A stretch of 60,000 bases of DNA from Laetmonice hystrix (Eukaryota). The translations under genes were made by a program, and so were the position numbers. This document shows, one piece after another, positions 25,084 through 38,885 of this stretch (its first letter is position 1; the number at the start of each line of letters is the position of its first letter). The stretch spans positions 43,774,001 to 43,834,000 of the forward strand of contig OZ249436.1 of NCBI GenBank assembly GCA_965235115.1, given 5' to 3'. Under the pieces are notes generated by a model. It saw nothing but the letters and a program-made list of their open reading frames with translations. It made no database searches and was not told the DNA's origin.

Positions 25084-25794
25084 TTTTAACCAATATCGAC
25101 GTCCGTCCCAGTACTGGAACTGGGACGGATACTCTGTCGAAGTATTCCTAAGCTACAGTACAGAAATTTACGATTCCGGTAAAGCTCGTCGTGCAGGGTT
25201 TCTGGACCTGAGCATGTACTAACCGACCCTCAGGTAAGGCTATCTGCGAGCGCCGTAACGGCTAATCTCAAGAAGTCTTTAGCCACCTGAACTGTAGCAC
25301 TCCGTCCTTGAGAATCCGCGAACTTCCGCCCTGAGGTCTTGTCCCTGTCAGTGTCCGTCACGACGCGTTGGATTCCGGCAAGTTGACCTCTTGAGCTTTC
25401 AGGTTGTTAAACTTTGACCCCACCTTAAAAAAACAACCATAAAAACAACCAAAACGTAAGGTTGACCAGGTACAACCATTATTTATGTGTGGCTACATAC
25501 AGGTCGGTCCATAAAAAAAGATTCAGAGAAGTAGCACATGACTTGCCGTGTATAGGCCGTCGGTTATCATACAGAAGTTTGAGGAGAGTATACTCGGTTT
25601 TCACCACCAAATAATCACTGAATGTATCAAACTCTACATTTTGTTATGAGGGTTGGTCTCTGGCGGGGACCGTAATTAGTGGCTGAAACTCGATCCCTCG
25701 ACCCTCATGAGTTCACTTTGACCAGAACTTGTGTATCGTGATGCTCCTGGGAGTACCTCAGCACGAGGTCCGTGAAATCGACTCGGTGACGTTC

Positions 25795-25842
25795 GTTGTT
25801 TTGGCAACCGAAGCCTCGCTTTGGATCTGCTTCCATGGCAAC
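25795..25842. promoter_or_regulatory. Pair of RFX X-box-like motifs (duplicated at ~32128-32175)
   Basis: GTTGTTTTGGCAAC (25795-25808) and GCTTCCATGGCAAC (25829-25842) compared with consensus GTTGCCATGGCAAC. Confidence 0.35.
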
Positions 25843-26851
25843 GGGTGTCCTGATTGTGCTGGGCGTGTTTGGTCACAGTGGGAGGGTGGGGTTGTCCAAA
25901 CACGACCAGGCCTCTGTGTCAGCTGGCCATTCTCTCTATATGTCTCAATGTATAGAGGATCGATAGAGCGTTAGGGATCAGTCCCATCTTGTAATGGGAG
26001 AAACCAGTCAACTATGTCAGTCTCGTCTTGAACTTCTGACCCTGTTACCAGCACTTATATTGAGATCAGGTTTTGGGTGTCTTTATTTATCCTATCAGAA
26101 TACAGTCAGACAGTGAACCGTTTTTCATTATTCTACAGGAGCAGGTATCGTTGATCCTGATAAGTTTTCTACAACAAAATTATGGAATTCACCTCCATTT
26201 TCTCTCTCTTTATCTTGTATGACCGAGCAACACTCACCCGTTATTGGCTACTCGTTAAGTAGTGTTAAAATACAGTAAATTTATAGTTTTAGGGCCTAGT
26301 ATTAGACCACAGACATGGGTAGATGAATTGGCGAGAGTAATATACTTGAGAAAATTGTATTTATTATGGAAAACTGAAGTCGACAAGTATGGTTGTTATC
26401 ATTTAAATAAGGCTCTAAATTTTATGATGAATACCGCGTTCTAAGCCATGGTTTCATTAATAAGTCATTTTGGTCAATATAAAGAAATCCTGACCTATAT
26501 TCTCAAGAACTCTCACCCGCAGTTTATGGGGCACTAGATCACATATGGCCTATTTCATTGTTGTCTGAGTCATAGTGTAAACTGCTAATTAAAAGTAATT
26601 AATTGTACTGCCCTTAGCATGCAATCCCAAGATCGTAATATCCCATCGGATAGGCTATTTTTCAGTATGCTCTTTGCAAATTATATGTGGTGAACACATA
26701 TTATTACCATGTAAATATGCCTCCATAATGCATGATAATGTATGGCCACACGGTTTTAATTAAAAGCCTGATGAAGTGGGATCGTATAGATTTGCATTAA
26801 TTTGTCATGTGGCTTTATCATGATGTGAATGTGTCACAAAAAGCACAGACA

Positions 26852-29187
26852 TGTACAAGGTTTGGCCTGGTGGGTCGACCTTTGTGTAAAAGGTTTGGCC
26901 TGGTGGGTCGACCTTTGTGTAAAAGGTTTGGCCTGGTGGGTCGACCTTTGTGTACAAGGTGTGGCCTGCTGGGTCGACCTTTGTGTACAAGGTTTGGCCT
27001 GGTGGGTCGACCTTTGTGTAAAAGGTTTGGCCTGGTGGGTCGACCTTTGTGTAAAAGGTTTGGCCTGGTGGGTCGACCTTTGCGTACAAGGTGTGGCCTG
27101 CTGGGTCGACCTTTGTGTACAAGGTGTGGCCTGGTGGGTGGACCTTTGTGTACAAGGTGTGGCCTGGTGGGTGGACCTTTGTGTACAAGGTGTGGCCTGC
27201 TGGGTCGACCTTTGTGTACAAGGTGTGGCCTGGTGGGTGGACCTTTGTGTACAAGGTGTGGCCTGGTGGGTCGACCTTTGTGTACAAGGTGTGGCCTGGT
27301 GGGTCGACCTTTGTGTACAAGGTTTGGCCTGCTGGGTGGACCTTTGTGTACAAGGTGTGGCCTGCTGGGTCGACCTTTGTGTACAAGGTGTGGCCTGGTG
27401 GGTGGACCTTTGTGTACAAGGTGTGGCCTGGTGGGTCGACCTTTGTGTACAAGGTGTGGCCTGCTGGGTCGACCTTTGTGTACAAGGTGTGGCCTGGTGG
27501 GTCGACCTTTGTGTACAAGGTGTGGCCTGGTGGGTCGACCTTTGTGTACAAGGTGTGGCCTGCTGGGTCGACCTTTGTGTACAAGGTGTGGCCTGCTGGG
27601 TCGACCTTTGTGTACAAGGTGTGGCCTGGTGGGTGGACCTTTGTGTACAAGGTGTGGCCTGGTGGGTGGACCTTTGTGTACAAGGTGTGGCCTGGTGGGT
27701 CGACCTTTGTGTACAAGGTGTGGCCTGCTGGGTCGACCTTTGTGTACAAGGTGTGGCCTGGTCGGTCGACCTTTGTGTACAAGGTGTGGCCTGGTGGGTC
27801 GACCTTTGTGTACAAGGTGTGGCCTGCTGGGTCGACCTTTGTGTAAAAGGTTTGGCCTGGTGGGTCGACCTTTGCGTACAAGGTGTGGCCTGCTGGGTCG
27901 ACCTTTGTGTACAAGGTGTGGCCTGCTGGGTCGACCTTTGTGTACAAGGTGTGGCCTGGTGGGTCGACCTTTGTGTACAAGGTGTGGCCTGCTGGGTCGA
28001 CCTTTGTGTACAAGGTTTGGCCTGGTGGGTCGACCTTTGCGTACAAGGTGTGGCCTGCTGGGTGGACCTTTGTGTACAAGGTGTGGCCTGCTGGGTGGAC
28101 CTTTGTGTACAGGGTTTGGACTGCTGGGTCGACCTTTGTGTACAAGGTTTGGCCTGGTGGGTCGACCTTTGTGTACAAGGTTTGGCCTGGTGGGTCGACC
28201 TTTGTGTACAAGGTGTGGCCTGGTGGGTCGACCTCTGTGTACAAGGTGTGGCCTGGTGGGTCGACCTTTGTGTACAAGGTGTGGCCTGGTGGGTCGACCT
28301 CTGTGTACAAGGTGTGGCCTGGTGGGTCGACCTTTGTGTACAAGGTGTGGCCTGCTGGGTCGACCTTTGTGTACAAGGTTTGGCCTGCTGGGTCGACCTT
28401 TGTGTACAAGGTGTGGCCTGCTGGGTCGACCTTTGTGTACAAGGTGTGGCCTGGTGGGTCGACCTTTGTGTACAAGGTGTTGGCCTGCTGGGTCGACCTC
28501 TGTGTACAAGGTGTGGCCTGGTGGGTCGACCTTTGTGTACAAGGTGTGGCCTGGTGGGTCGACCTCTGTGTACAAGGTGTGGCCTGGTGGGTCGACCTTT
28601 GTGTACAAGGTGTGGCCTGCTGGGTCGACCTTTGTGTACAAGGTTTGGCCTGCTGGGTTGTGTACAAGGTGTGGCCTGCTGGGTCAACCTTTGTGTACAA
28701 GGTGTGGCCTGGTGGATGGACCTTTGCGTACAAGGTGTGGCCTGGTGGGTCGACCTTTGTGTACAAGGTTTGGCCTGGTGGGTGGACCTTTGTGTACAAG
28801 GTTTGGCCTGGTGGGTCGACCTTTGTGTACAAGGTTTGGCCTGCTGGGTCGACCTTTGTGTACAAGGTGTGGCCTGGTGGATGGACCTTTGTGTACAAGG
28901 TGTGGCCTGGTGGATGGACCTTTGCGTACAAGGTGTGGCCTGGTGGGTCGACCTTTGTGTACAAGGTTTGGCCTGGTGGGTGGACCTTTGTGTACAAGGT
29001 TTGGCCTGGTGGGTCGACCTTTGTGTACAAGGTTTGGCCTGCTGGGTCGACCTTTGTGTACAAGGTGTGGCCTGGTGGATGGACCTTTGCGTACAAGGTG
29101 TGGCCTGGTGGGTCGACCTTTGTGTACAAGGTGTGGCCTGGTGGATGGACCTTTGCGTACAAGGTGTGGCCTGGTGGGTCGACCTTT
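26852..29187. repeat. Minisatellite, 33-bp unit, ~71 copies (copy 2)
   Basis: Same unit and same order of variant units as 20561-22863, plus one extra unit at the start. Confidence 0.97.
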
Positions 29188-30496
29188 GAACGTCATATTA
29201 ACTATAGCTCCTGTCTCGGACAGTGAATATTATTAATAGTCCGCTATACCTGTGGATACGCCGAGTTCACTCAGTGCAAGTCTGTTCAAAAACTACCCTT
29301 GGAGTGGATAAAAGGCCTGCAGTATAATCATGAGTAATTATCACCTCGGTAATGTTACATGAGTTGGTGTTTGTCTTCTGGCCCCGACTAGCACTTAAAC
29401 TGTCGTAATTTCACGTGGCATTGACAATGAATGGCAGGATGGAATGGTTTTGTTGTTAGGCTACTCTTGTCGATAATTGTGTCATGGTACTTTGATCTCA
29501 TTGTTCTTAATGATACACTTACCTGGGATCAATAATATCCTACCAAGAAACAAAAAACATAACAAAACAAAACAAAACAAAAACAAAAAGAAGAAGACAT
29601 AAGCACTTAATTTGAATATAATTTGAAATATGTCTAAAAACGAGAAGCATTTTATCCATTACGCCATCGAATTTAAGTCCTTAGAAAAAAGTCGTAGCAG
29701 CTGTTCAACATTACGGTAATTTTTATCCATGAAGAGAACAAAATGTCCGGACAGTAACAAATGGCGTATGTCCACATCTGTTACATCCGGGCCCAGCTAG
29801 TATTCCTTAGCGTCTGTAACAGGCCGCTCCCAGCTCGGCCTATGAGCAGGCTCGATTACCTGGGACACTTTTTCTATACCACAGATCTGAGGGACTACCG
29901 CACATAACCGATGCCTTCAAAGTACAGTAGATGGCCATCACCGGAAGCTATTGAGCCAAATAAATATATGTCGTGTTCCTCTAGAACTTGAAGTGAGATT
30001 CACACAACTTTCATATTTTAACGGGCAGTCGTGTTGAACTCTGTCATGACTTAGATAGGAATAGACCGCCATGATGGGGACAAACGAAGGTCTGTATTTT
30101 AGTTGTTTCTCAGAATAAAAGATCAACACTCATTCGCTTGGACCAAAAAGCCGGCGAATTGGAGGGAATGTAAAAAGGCATTGGCGAGTGCATCGAGTGT
30201 ACTGGAGATTTTAAAAAGGATGCTCCCTCCTTGGGCTCGACTGAGCATGCGCGCGAGGACAACCAAAATGGCCGTGTGAAGTGTCAGCTCAATCGGAACT
30301 TCCGAGGCCATTTCCGGTTGAGAAATAAGTTTTGCGTACGGAAAGCCCGAGATGGTGCGATGGTGTCAGCTCTCCTCATTCCGAAAGTTGAACTTGAAAG
30401 TTCGGATAAATATCTCTGATGGCCTAATACCACATAGAACGTGAACATCGACGCGCATTTAGATGGACCTGATTAGTTGTGATAGATAACATGACA

Positions 30497-30681
30497 CAGT
30501 GGCGTACCCAGAAACTGGACCCGGGGGGGGGGGGGCTGGAAATAGCCAACGTCGTAGGCGCTGCAAATTGTGAGGGGGCTAGCTGTGGGCAACAAGCGCA
30601 CCAAAAAAGAATTGGGCAAATTGAGGGGAGTGCTTCAGCACCCCAAGCACCTCCCCCCCCCCCCCCCCAGGTACGCTACTG
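30497..30681. mobile_element. hAT-like MITE with 5-bp TSD (copy 2)
   Basis: Duplicate of 24173-24351, TSD TGACA, longer G/C homopolymers. Confidence 0.75.
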
Positions 30682-30750
30682 TGACATAAATTACGACAGA
30701 TTGTCCACATCAAGTGGTGAATAAAAACGTCCAACGGGGTAAGGTTTTAA

Positions 30751-31413
30751 CCCAATCTAATTAAAATTAGATCCTGGTATTCCGCGTCTCTCTCGGCTGT
30801 TTCAGAGCTGCCGCGCTCCATACCTGGATCTAAGGACATCCCATTAGGGGTCACCTCAGGTTGACCTCTGGATTCAGCCAATCAGCGAGTCGCCTACGAA
30901 ATCTTCGGTGTGCGCTCGTAGGCATTTTCAACGGCACACTTGAATCTGGGTCAAAGTTCAGCCTGAGGTGACCCCATACGGGATGCCGTTAGATCCTAGT
31001 ATGGAGCGCATGCGAAATAACTAGAACTAATTTTAATTAGGCCATTTAAAATTACTTTTTAGTTTTTCATCAGTAGATGTTGAAAAATTTGGCGGGGAGG
31101 GCATTTTATATTTTATATTTTATATTTTAAAATTTCACGACCTATCATGAAATAAGGTGATTTAAGTCCAATATTTTGTACAAAAAATCATCTGTATTCA
31201 ATAAAACTAAATTACAATACAAAAATAGACCACTTTAGTTTTATACATGATCGGGAGATGGCGCGCGCACTCCGTCAACGATCTCTGCGACGTTGGCGAA
31301 AAAACGGACTTTTAAAGAAATTTAAAATATTAAAAAAAATCGGGGCGGGCCTAAAAATCGGGACGGGCGGTGATGAAAAACTAAAAATTAATTTTAAATG
31401 GCCTTAGATTGGG
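30751..31413. mobile_element. Fold-back MITE with nested Harbinger-like MITE at 31040-31403 (copy 2)
   Basis: Duplicate of 24421-25083 with the same TTTTAA and TTA TSDs. Confidence 0.8.
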
Positions 31414-34400
31414 TTTTAACCAATATCGACGTCCGTCCCAGTACTGGAACTGGGACGGATACTCTGTCGAAGTATTCCTAAGCTACAGTACAGAAATTTA
31501 CGATTCCGGTAAAGCTCGTCGTGCAGGGTTTCTGGACCTGAGCATGTACTAACCGACCCTCAGGTAAGGCTATCTGCGAGCGCCGTAACGGCTAATCTCA
31601 AGAAGTCTTGAGCCACCTGAACTGTAGCACTCCGTCCTTGAGAATCCGCGAACTTCCGCCCTGAGGTCTTGTCCCTGTCAGTGTCCGTCACGACGCGTTG
31701 GATTCCGGCAAGTTGACCTCTTGAGCTTTCAGGTTGTTAAACTTTGACCCCCACCTTAAAAAAACAACCATAAAAACAACCAAAACGTAAGGTTGACCAG
31801 GTACAACCATTATTTATGTGTGGCTACATACAGGTCGGTCCATAAAAAAAGATTCAGAGAAGTAGCACATGACTTGCCGTGTATAGGCCGTCGGTTATCA
31901 TACAGAAGTTTGAGGAGAGTATATACTCGGTTTTCACCACCAAATAATCACTGAATGTATCAAACTCTACATTTTGTTATGAGGGTTGGTCTCTGGCGGG
32001 GACCGTAATTAGTGGCTGAAACTCGATCCCTCGACCCTCATGAGTTCACTTTGACCAGAACTTGTGTATCGTGATGCTCCTGGGAGTACCTCAGCACGAG
32101 GTCCGTGAAATCGACTCGGTGACGTTCGTTGTTTTGGCAACCGAAGCCTCGCTTTGGATCTGCTTCCATGGCAACGGGTGTCCTGATTGTGCTGGGCGTG
32201 TTTGGTCACAGTGGGAGGGTGGGGTTGTCCAAACACGACCAGGCCTCTGTGTCAGCTGGCCATTCTCTCTATATGTCTCAATGTATAGAGGATCGATAGA
32301 GCGTTAGGGATCAGTCCCATCTTGTAATGGGAGAAACCAGTCAACTATGTCAGTCTCGTCTTGAACTTCTGACCCTGTTACCAGCACTTATATTGAGATC
32401 AGGTTTTGGGTGTCTTTATTTATCCTATCAGAATACAGTCAGACAGTGAACCGTTTTTCATTATTCTACAGGAGCAGGTATCGTTGATCCTGATAAGTTT
32501 TCTACAACAAAATTATGGAATTCACCTCCATTTTCTCTCTCGTTATCTTGTATGACCGAGCAACACTCACCCGTTATTGGCTACTCGTTAAGTAGTGTTA
32601 AAATACAGTAAATTTATAGTTTTAGGGCCTAGTATTAGACCACAGACATGGGTAGATGAATTGGCGAGAGTAATATACTTGAGAAAATTGTATTTATTAT
32701 GGAAAACTGAAGTCGACAAGTATGGTTGTTATCATTTAAATAAGGCTCTAAATTTTATGATGAATACCGCGTTCTAAGCCATGGTTTCATTAATAAGTCA
32801 TTTTGGTCAATATAAAGAAATCCTGACCTATATTCTCAAGAACTCTCACCCGCAGTTTATGGGGCACTAGATCACATATGGCCTATTTCATTGTTGTCTG
32901 AGTCATAGTGTAAACTGCTAATTAAAAGTAATTAATTGTACTGCCCTTAGCATGCAATCCCAAGATCGTAATATCCCATCGGATAGGCTATTTTTCAGTA
33001 TGCTCTTTGCAAATTATATGTGGTGAACACATATTATTACCATGTAAATATGCCTCCATAATGCATGATAATGTATGGCCACACGGTTTTAATTAAAAGC
33101 CTGATGAAGTGGGATCGTATAGATTTGCATTAATTTGTCATGTGGCTTTATCATGATGTGAATGTGTCACAAAAAGCACAGACATGATAGCAATTCGAAT
33201 AAATAACTTTATATCAAGGCATCAAATACGAAAATAAAAATAAAACTTGAACTGACTTGGGTTGCGATAGTCTGGACAGCACAAGTTTTATTGTAGGAAG
33301 AGCGAGAGCAGGTCGACTGGGTAACAGGATTTTGTATGGAGCTTGAGATACTTTTTTCAGAATTTTAAAATGACCTGTTCATCAGATGATGAGAATGCTG
33401 ATTGGCTGGAATACTAGACGGCATTTATTCGTTCCGAAGTGAAGTTGAAGGTGAAGCTAAAGCTGATTACAAATTCCACTGAGTCTAACAGCTCTGTATA
33501 GCAGGGCCAGGATTTGAAGTGCACCCCGCTGTGGGTGGAGATTACAGTAAGTAGTGGCGCTGTGCTCACACGACAGGCAAGCTTGTATACCAGGGAGACA
33601 GAAATATTTGTAACCTGTAAGTGGGGGAAAAAACCAGCGTCTGTTAGGTAACCATGTGTCCAGTAGGTGGGGGCGGGGAAGTAAGGGGGTGTGGGGGGTA
33701 GTTGTGTGATTAGATTCTGGTCCAGGGTTGTTGTTGGGATGGGTGTGGGAGGGGTGGGGGAGGGGTGTGGGTGGAGTGGGGGTGGGGTGGGGGTTCGAGA
33801 TAAGGATGGTATAACGCTGATAAAAACAAGACCTGGCATGTACACGGTGCTCCTAGCTGTCGACGTTTTTTCCCCTGTCCTGAAGTAACGCGTTGCTCTT
33901 CATGAGGGGAGGGAGAGAAATAAGATCAGATCAGTGAGGTTTTGTGGGAGGGGGGGGGCAGGCAGGGCTGCTGCCAAGGGACCACAACAGACGCTGGCTG
34001 CCTGCGGGTAAAACATGGTTCTCATTCATCATTTGATCATTTGATGGATATAGTAGTCAAGTAATGGCAACTGTGTGGTTGTATGGAAACGGGATAGTTA
34101 AAAATACCTTCTTATTAAAGTAAATATGTGTACGATTGGCTTGGTGTAGTGTTACGAAGATCACGGTGGGGTAGGAGGGTACCAGAGGGATTTACAACTC
34201 CCAGGAGACCACAGCACACTCGTACTGTAGTTGTTTGACAATTAAATGGTGACAAAATCCTCTGGCGAGTGCCAGTGCTTAAAATAGTCAACTTTGGGCG
34301 TAAAAAAGGGAGGAAATATCGTCCGAGCACACTTTGAGATTGGTTAGCCTGAAGGAATGAAGTGTTTACACTCGTCTGGATATGTTTGAAGTTGGCATTA

Positions 34401-36289
34401 TTCATGTTGCCTGCTCCAAGGGATGGCTCAAGGTATGGTTGGTGGCGGGGTGGGTGTGGGGATGGGGTGGGTGTGGGGATGGGGTGCGTGTGGGTGGGTG
34501 TGACTTACATACCCGTGGTTAACGAGTGATGTAAATATTGAGGGTAGTTAGCGGTGGGAGGGAGTGGTTACGTGGTGGTGGGGGCGGCTACAGTAGAGTA
34601 CATTGTGCGCTAGACGTACCAGAGACCCCCCCCCCCCCTGCCCGCCCACCTCTCTGCCCGCTCAGGTAGGTCGGGCCTTGTCGTGCGTGCCGCAGTCGTT
34701 ACATTATGCGCGCATTGAATGGCAGGTAGGCGTGGCGCTGGACACGACCGTCCGTACGACTGACGTACGCTTACAGACGTACAAACACACACACACATGC
34801 TGGCGACACGCACGCGTTCACGCACACACCGAGCAATCACACACCACCAGGGCTGTGCGTGTTTGACGTGCTGCCCCCCTGTGTTAGGGCCCCAGACCCG
34901 GGCCTCAGAAACCATGACGATTTAAACCTGTTGTCATCTCATGAACACCAACACCAACATGAACACCAACACCAACATGAACGCATGGGGACGTATTGAA
35001 CCAATCGTTCAGTGCTCACCACAGCATCCACCTCTTGGATTATCGTGACTGGGATAGGATTAACCACCACAACAAGGGATTATCTCCCGAGACGTCGTGA
35101 CATCAGATGGCTTGCCACCATTGAGTTAATCTGTTACCGCATCCTCATCATCTGATGGGGCTTCACCTGGGCGGTCTGCAGCCTCATTGTATTATACAGG
35201 GCGCCAACCCACATGGACCGAATACCAGGGGTGTTTAACATGAGGCCCCCAGTACAGCAGTCACATGGAGGGCATCATTACAACCCTGCAGTCAGTACCC
35301 CCACCCTCACATGGTGGTACATGGCAGGTGCATGCCCCACCTTGCTGCTATCACCAATCTGTGTCCTTGAAATGCCAATGTACATGGATTACTGTACTCG
35401 TGCAGCCTGAACCCGTTGATACCAGCAAGGCGCGGGGAGACGCTATTCTTCATTCATCCAGACTCCATACAAGCTAAGGTTATTGTATTCATCCCAACCA
35501 GGTGCTATTCACCCCTTTTACTTTGAAGAGGATTTTTTAATGACAGAATGGCATCAGTGGGGTATGACCCCGTGGGGATGCCCCTGCCCCCTCCACCAGG
35601 GGAGTCAGGAGGGCACCTAGAGGGGAGGGTGTGACCTACGTCCCCCCTCTCAGTGAAAGGCTTGCTTGCAGCCGTTCACGGAACTACCTTACGACGTTAG
35701 GGACGACAGATGGACGGGAGCTCGGGGTCAGCTCCCCAGTCTGACCGAGGAGCTCATTACAGCTGGCACTCAGCTGGTGTCAGCACAGATCTTTCCTGGC
35801 GGGACTGTTCCTAGTGGACCCTCACCTGTCCCAGTCCCTGGGTTCAGAACACGCTGTGAGCAGTTCTGGGCACAAGCCTGGGTGGAACAGATACACGTGT
35901 GTCGAGTTTCAGCAAGTTGGTGTGGTGCTGTAAGGCGGGTGACTTCTAGAGTTGATCCCCAGTGAGGTGAGCACCCAGAAATGGATCAACGTTAAGGGAT
36001 CAACTGAAGCATGACGGAGGTGAAGCGTGTGTGCCGACCGCGGATGTGTGTGTGTTCCTGGCGGTTGGTGGTGTGACAAAGGCAAAGGTTGCTGAGTAAC
36101 AATCAGTGCTGATCTCATCCTATTGTTGTGGGTGGGATTAGAGGAAAGTGGTCAAGGCAAGACAAACAGGTACGTCCTGTTCTGTGGGAAACGGTGCTGG
36201 TCAATCGGGATACCGCCGAGGTTAACACAGGATGTTGTCGCCCCGCTCAACCCGGTATACGGGTGGAGTAGAAAAAATACACTTGATGA

Positions 36290-36555
36290 TAATGTCCCAC
36301 TCTGACAGACGGGACATCCATCTCTGACAGACGGGACATCCAGCACTGACGAATGGGACATCCACTGACGAATGGGCCATCCACCACTGACGAATGGGCC
36401 ATCCACCTTGACGAATGGGACATCCACTGACGAATGGGACATCCACCACTGACGAATGGGCCATCCACCACTGACGAATGGGACATCCACCTTGACGAAT
36501 GGGACATCCACTGACGAATGGGACATCCACCACTGACGAATGGGACATCCAGCAG
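36290..36555. repeat. Minisatellite, ~19-23-bp variable unit
   Basis: CCA(CCA)CTGACGAATGGGACAT repeats. Confidence 0.88.
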
Positions 36556-37382
36556 AGTCCGCGAATGAATGACACAAGGAGGTCAGAGAAAATACCTGAA
36601 ATTCCGAGATTCCGTGATTCCAAGAAAAAAGATAGAGGAGGCGAGATGATAAGATGAATGGAAGCCTGTGTCAGGTTGGTCGGTCAGCCCGAGAGAAAGA
36701 CAGCTGGTTTCTGGTGCAGCGTCTGTTACCAGGCTCGGACTGTAGAGTGGAAGCTGCCGGTAGTAGAGCTCGGTTGTAGAGTTCAGCTGTAGACCATTTA
36801 TAACCGTTGACCTCAGTAATTGCTGCGGGTACGGCCAGCATACAGACGTTACAATATTCTACCTCCGACTGGCCACTCGAAATCAATGGAGCATTGCGTA
36901 CAAGTTGATCTGTCAATAACCACTGGGTCAAAGTTCCAGGTAGAAGCCATGCAGAGCGGGATCTCGTTAAGCCAGGTGCCAACGACATGGATTTATGGCA
37001 AGCAAAGTGATCATTTCAGGGAGAAGAAAATACCAGGTGTAATACTTCATACTCCCAGTGGATTATGAAATGAGGTGCTAAGTGTGTGTTTGTATAAAGG
37101 CACGGATGACATATTATACCGAATGTGAAAAAAAACGAAATAATACAACCTCGCGCCATAGTGGCGTCAGTGATGGAATGCGTACCAAAGATAAATGGTA
37201 TAAAATGTAATTATATGACTTGAATCATTGTGCTATGATTATGGCCAAATATATTGATCACTTTTGTGGAATTCGTTGCTCCCCTGTTAACACACTGTGA
37301 GTATTAGAGCAGAAACTGTTTGAGAGTGCATGTACTGTACCAACCGATTATGGAAGAATACCAAGTATACCAGCGTTAGTGG

Positions 37383-38885
37383 AACCTGCTCTGCCATCAC
37401 ATTGTGACGTCTAAGTACAACCTGCTATGCCAACACATTGTGACGTCTAAGTACAACCTGCTATGCCATCACATTGTAACGTCTAAGTACAACCTGCTCT
37501 GCCATCACATTGTGACGTCTAAGTACAACCTGCTATGCCATCACATTGTGACGTCTAAGTACAACCTGCCCTGCCATCTCATTGTGACGTCTAAGTACAA
37601 CCTGCTATGCCATCACATTGTGACGTCTAAGTACAACCTGCTATGCCATCACATTGTGACGTCTAAGTACAACCTGCTCTGCCATCACATTGTGACGTCT
37701 AAGTACAACCTGCTATGCCATCACATTATGACGTCTAAGTACTACCTGCTATGCCATCACATTGTGACGTCTAAGTACAACCTGCCATCACATTGTGACG
37801 TCTAAGTACAACCTGCTCTGCCATCACATTGTGACGTCTAAGTACAACCTGCTCTGCCATCACATTGTGACGTCTAAGTACAACCTGCTATGCCATCACA
37901 TTGTGACGTCTAAGTACAACCTGCTATGCCATCACATTGTAACGTCTAAGTACAACCTGTTATGCCATCACATTGTAACGTCTAAGTACAACCTGTTATG
38001 CCATCACATTGTAACGTCTAAGTACAACCTGCTATGCCATCGCATTGTAACGTCTTAGTACAACCTGTTATGCCATCACATTGTAACGTCTAAGTACAAC
38101 CTGCTATGCCATCACATTGTGACGTCGAAGTACAACCTGATATGCCATCACATTGTAACGTCTAAGTACAACCTGCTATGCCATCACATTGTGACGTCTA
38201 AGTACAACCTGCTATGCCATCACATTGTAACGTCTAAGTACAACCTGCCATCACATTGTGACGTCTAAGTACAACCTGTTATGCCATCACATTGTAACGT
38301 CTAAGTACAACCTGCTATGCCATCACATTGTGACGTCGAAGTACAACCTGCCATCACATTGTAACGTCTAAGTACAACCTGTTATGCCATCACATTGTAA
38401 CGTCTAAGTACAACCTGCTATGCCATCACATTGTGACGTCGAAGTACAACCTGATATGCCATCACATTGTAACGTCGAAGTACAACCTGCTATGCCATCA
38501 CATTGTGACGTCGAAGTACAACCTGATATGCCATCACATTGTAACGTCTAAGTACAACCTGCTATGCCATCACATTGTGACGTCTAAGTACAACCTGCTA
38601 TGCCATCACATTGTAACGTCTAAGTACAACCTGCCATCACATTGTGACGTCTAAGTACAACCTGTTATGCCATCACATTGTAACGTCTAAGTACAACCTG
38701 CTATGCCATCACATTGTGACGTCGAAGTACAACCTGCCATCACATTGTAACGTCTAAGTACAACCTGTTATGCCATCACATTGTAACGTCTAAGTACAAC
38801 CTGCTATGCCATCACATTGTGACGTCGAAGTACAACCTGATATGCCATCACATTGTAACGTCTAAGTACAACCTGATATGCCATC
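37383..38885. repeat. Minisatellite, 36-bp unit, ~42 copies
   Basis: AACCTGCTATGCCATCACATTGTGACGTCTAAGTAC with a recurrent 5-bp-deleted variant. Confidence 0.96.

Larger units (their letters stand above)
20561..26853 (+). repeat. Tandem segmental duplication, copy 1 (~6.3 kb)
   Basis: Repeated at an offset of 6324-6333 bp; ORF track is duplicated; both copies end ...AAAAGCACAGACATG. Confidence 0.97.
26854..33186 (+). repeat. Tandem segmental duplication, copy 2 (~6.3 kb)
   Basis: Near-identical to copy 1; about 8 substitutions and a few short indels seen in the ~4 kb non-array part. Confidence 0.97.

Noticed and set aside
26120..26150. 6-nt micro-exon TTCTACAG|GAGCAG|GTATCG (duplicated near 32470)
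   Set aside because: Weak donor and too short to support without transcript data
34950..35480. Possible decayed RTE-type LINE or retroviral protease-like fragment on the minus strand
   Set aside because: Only faint motif resemblance across stops and frameshifts; needs a translated profile search
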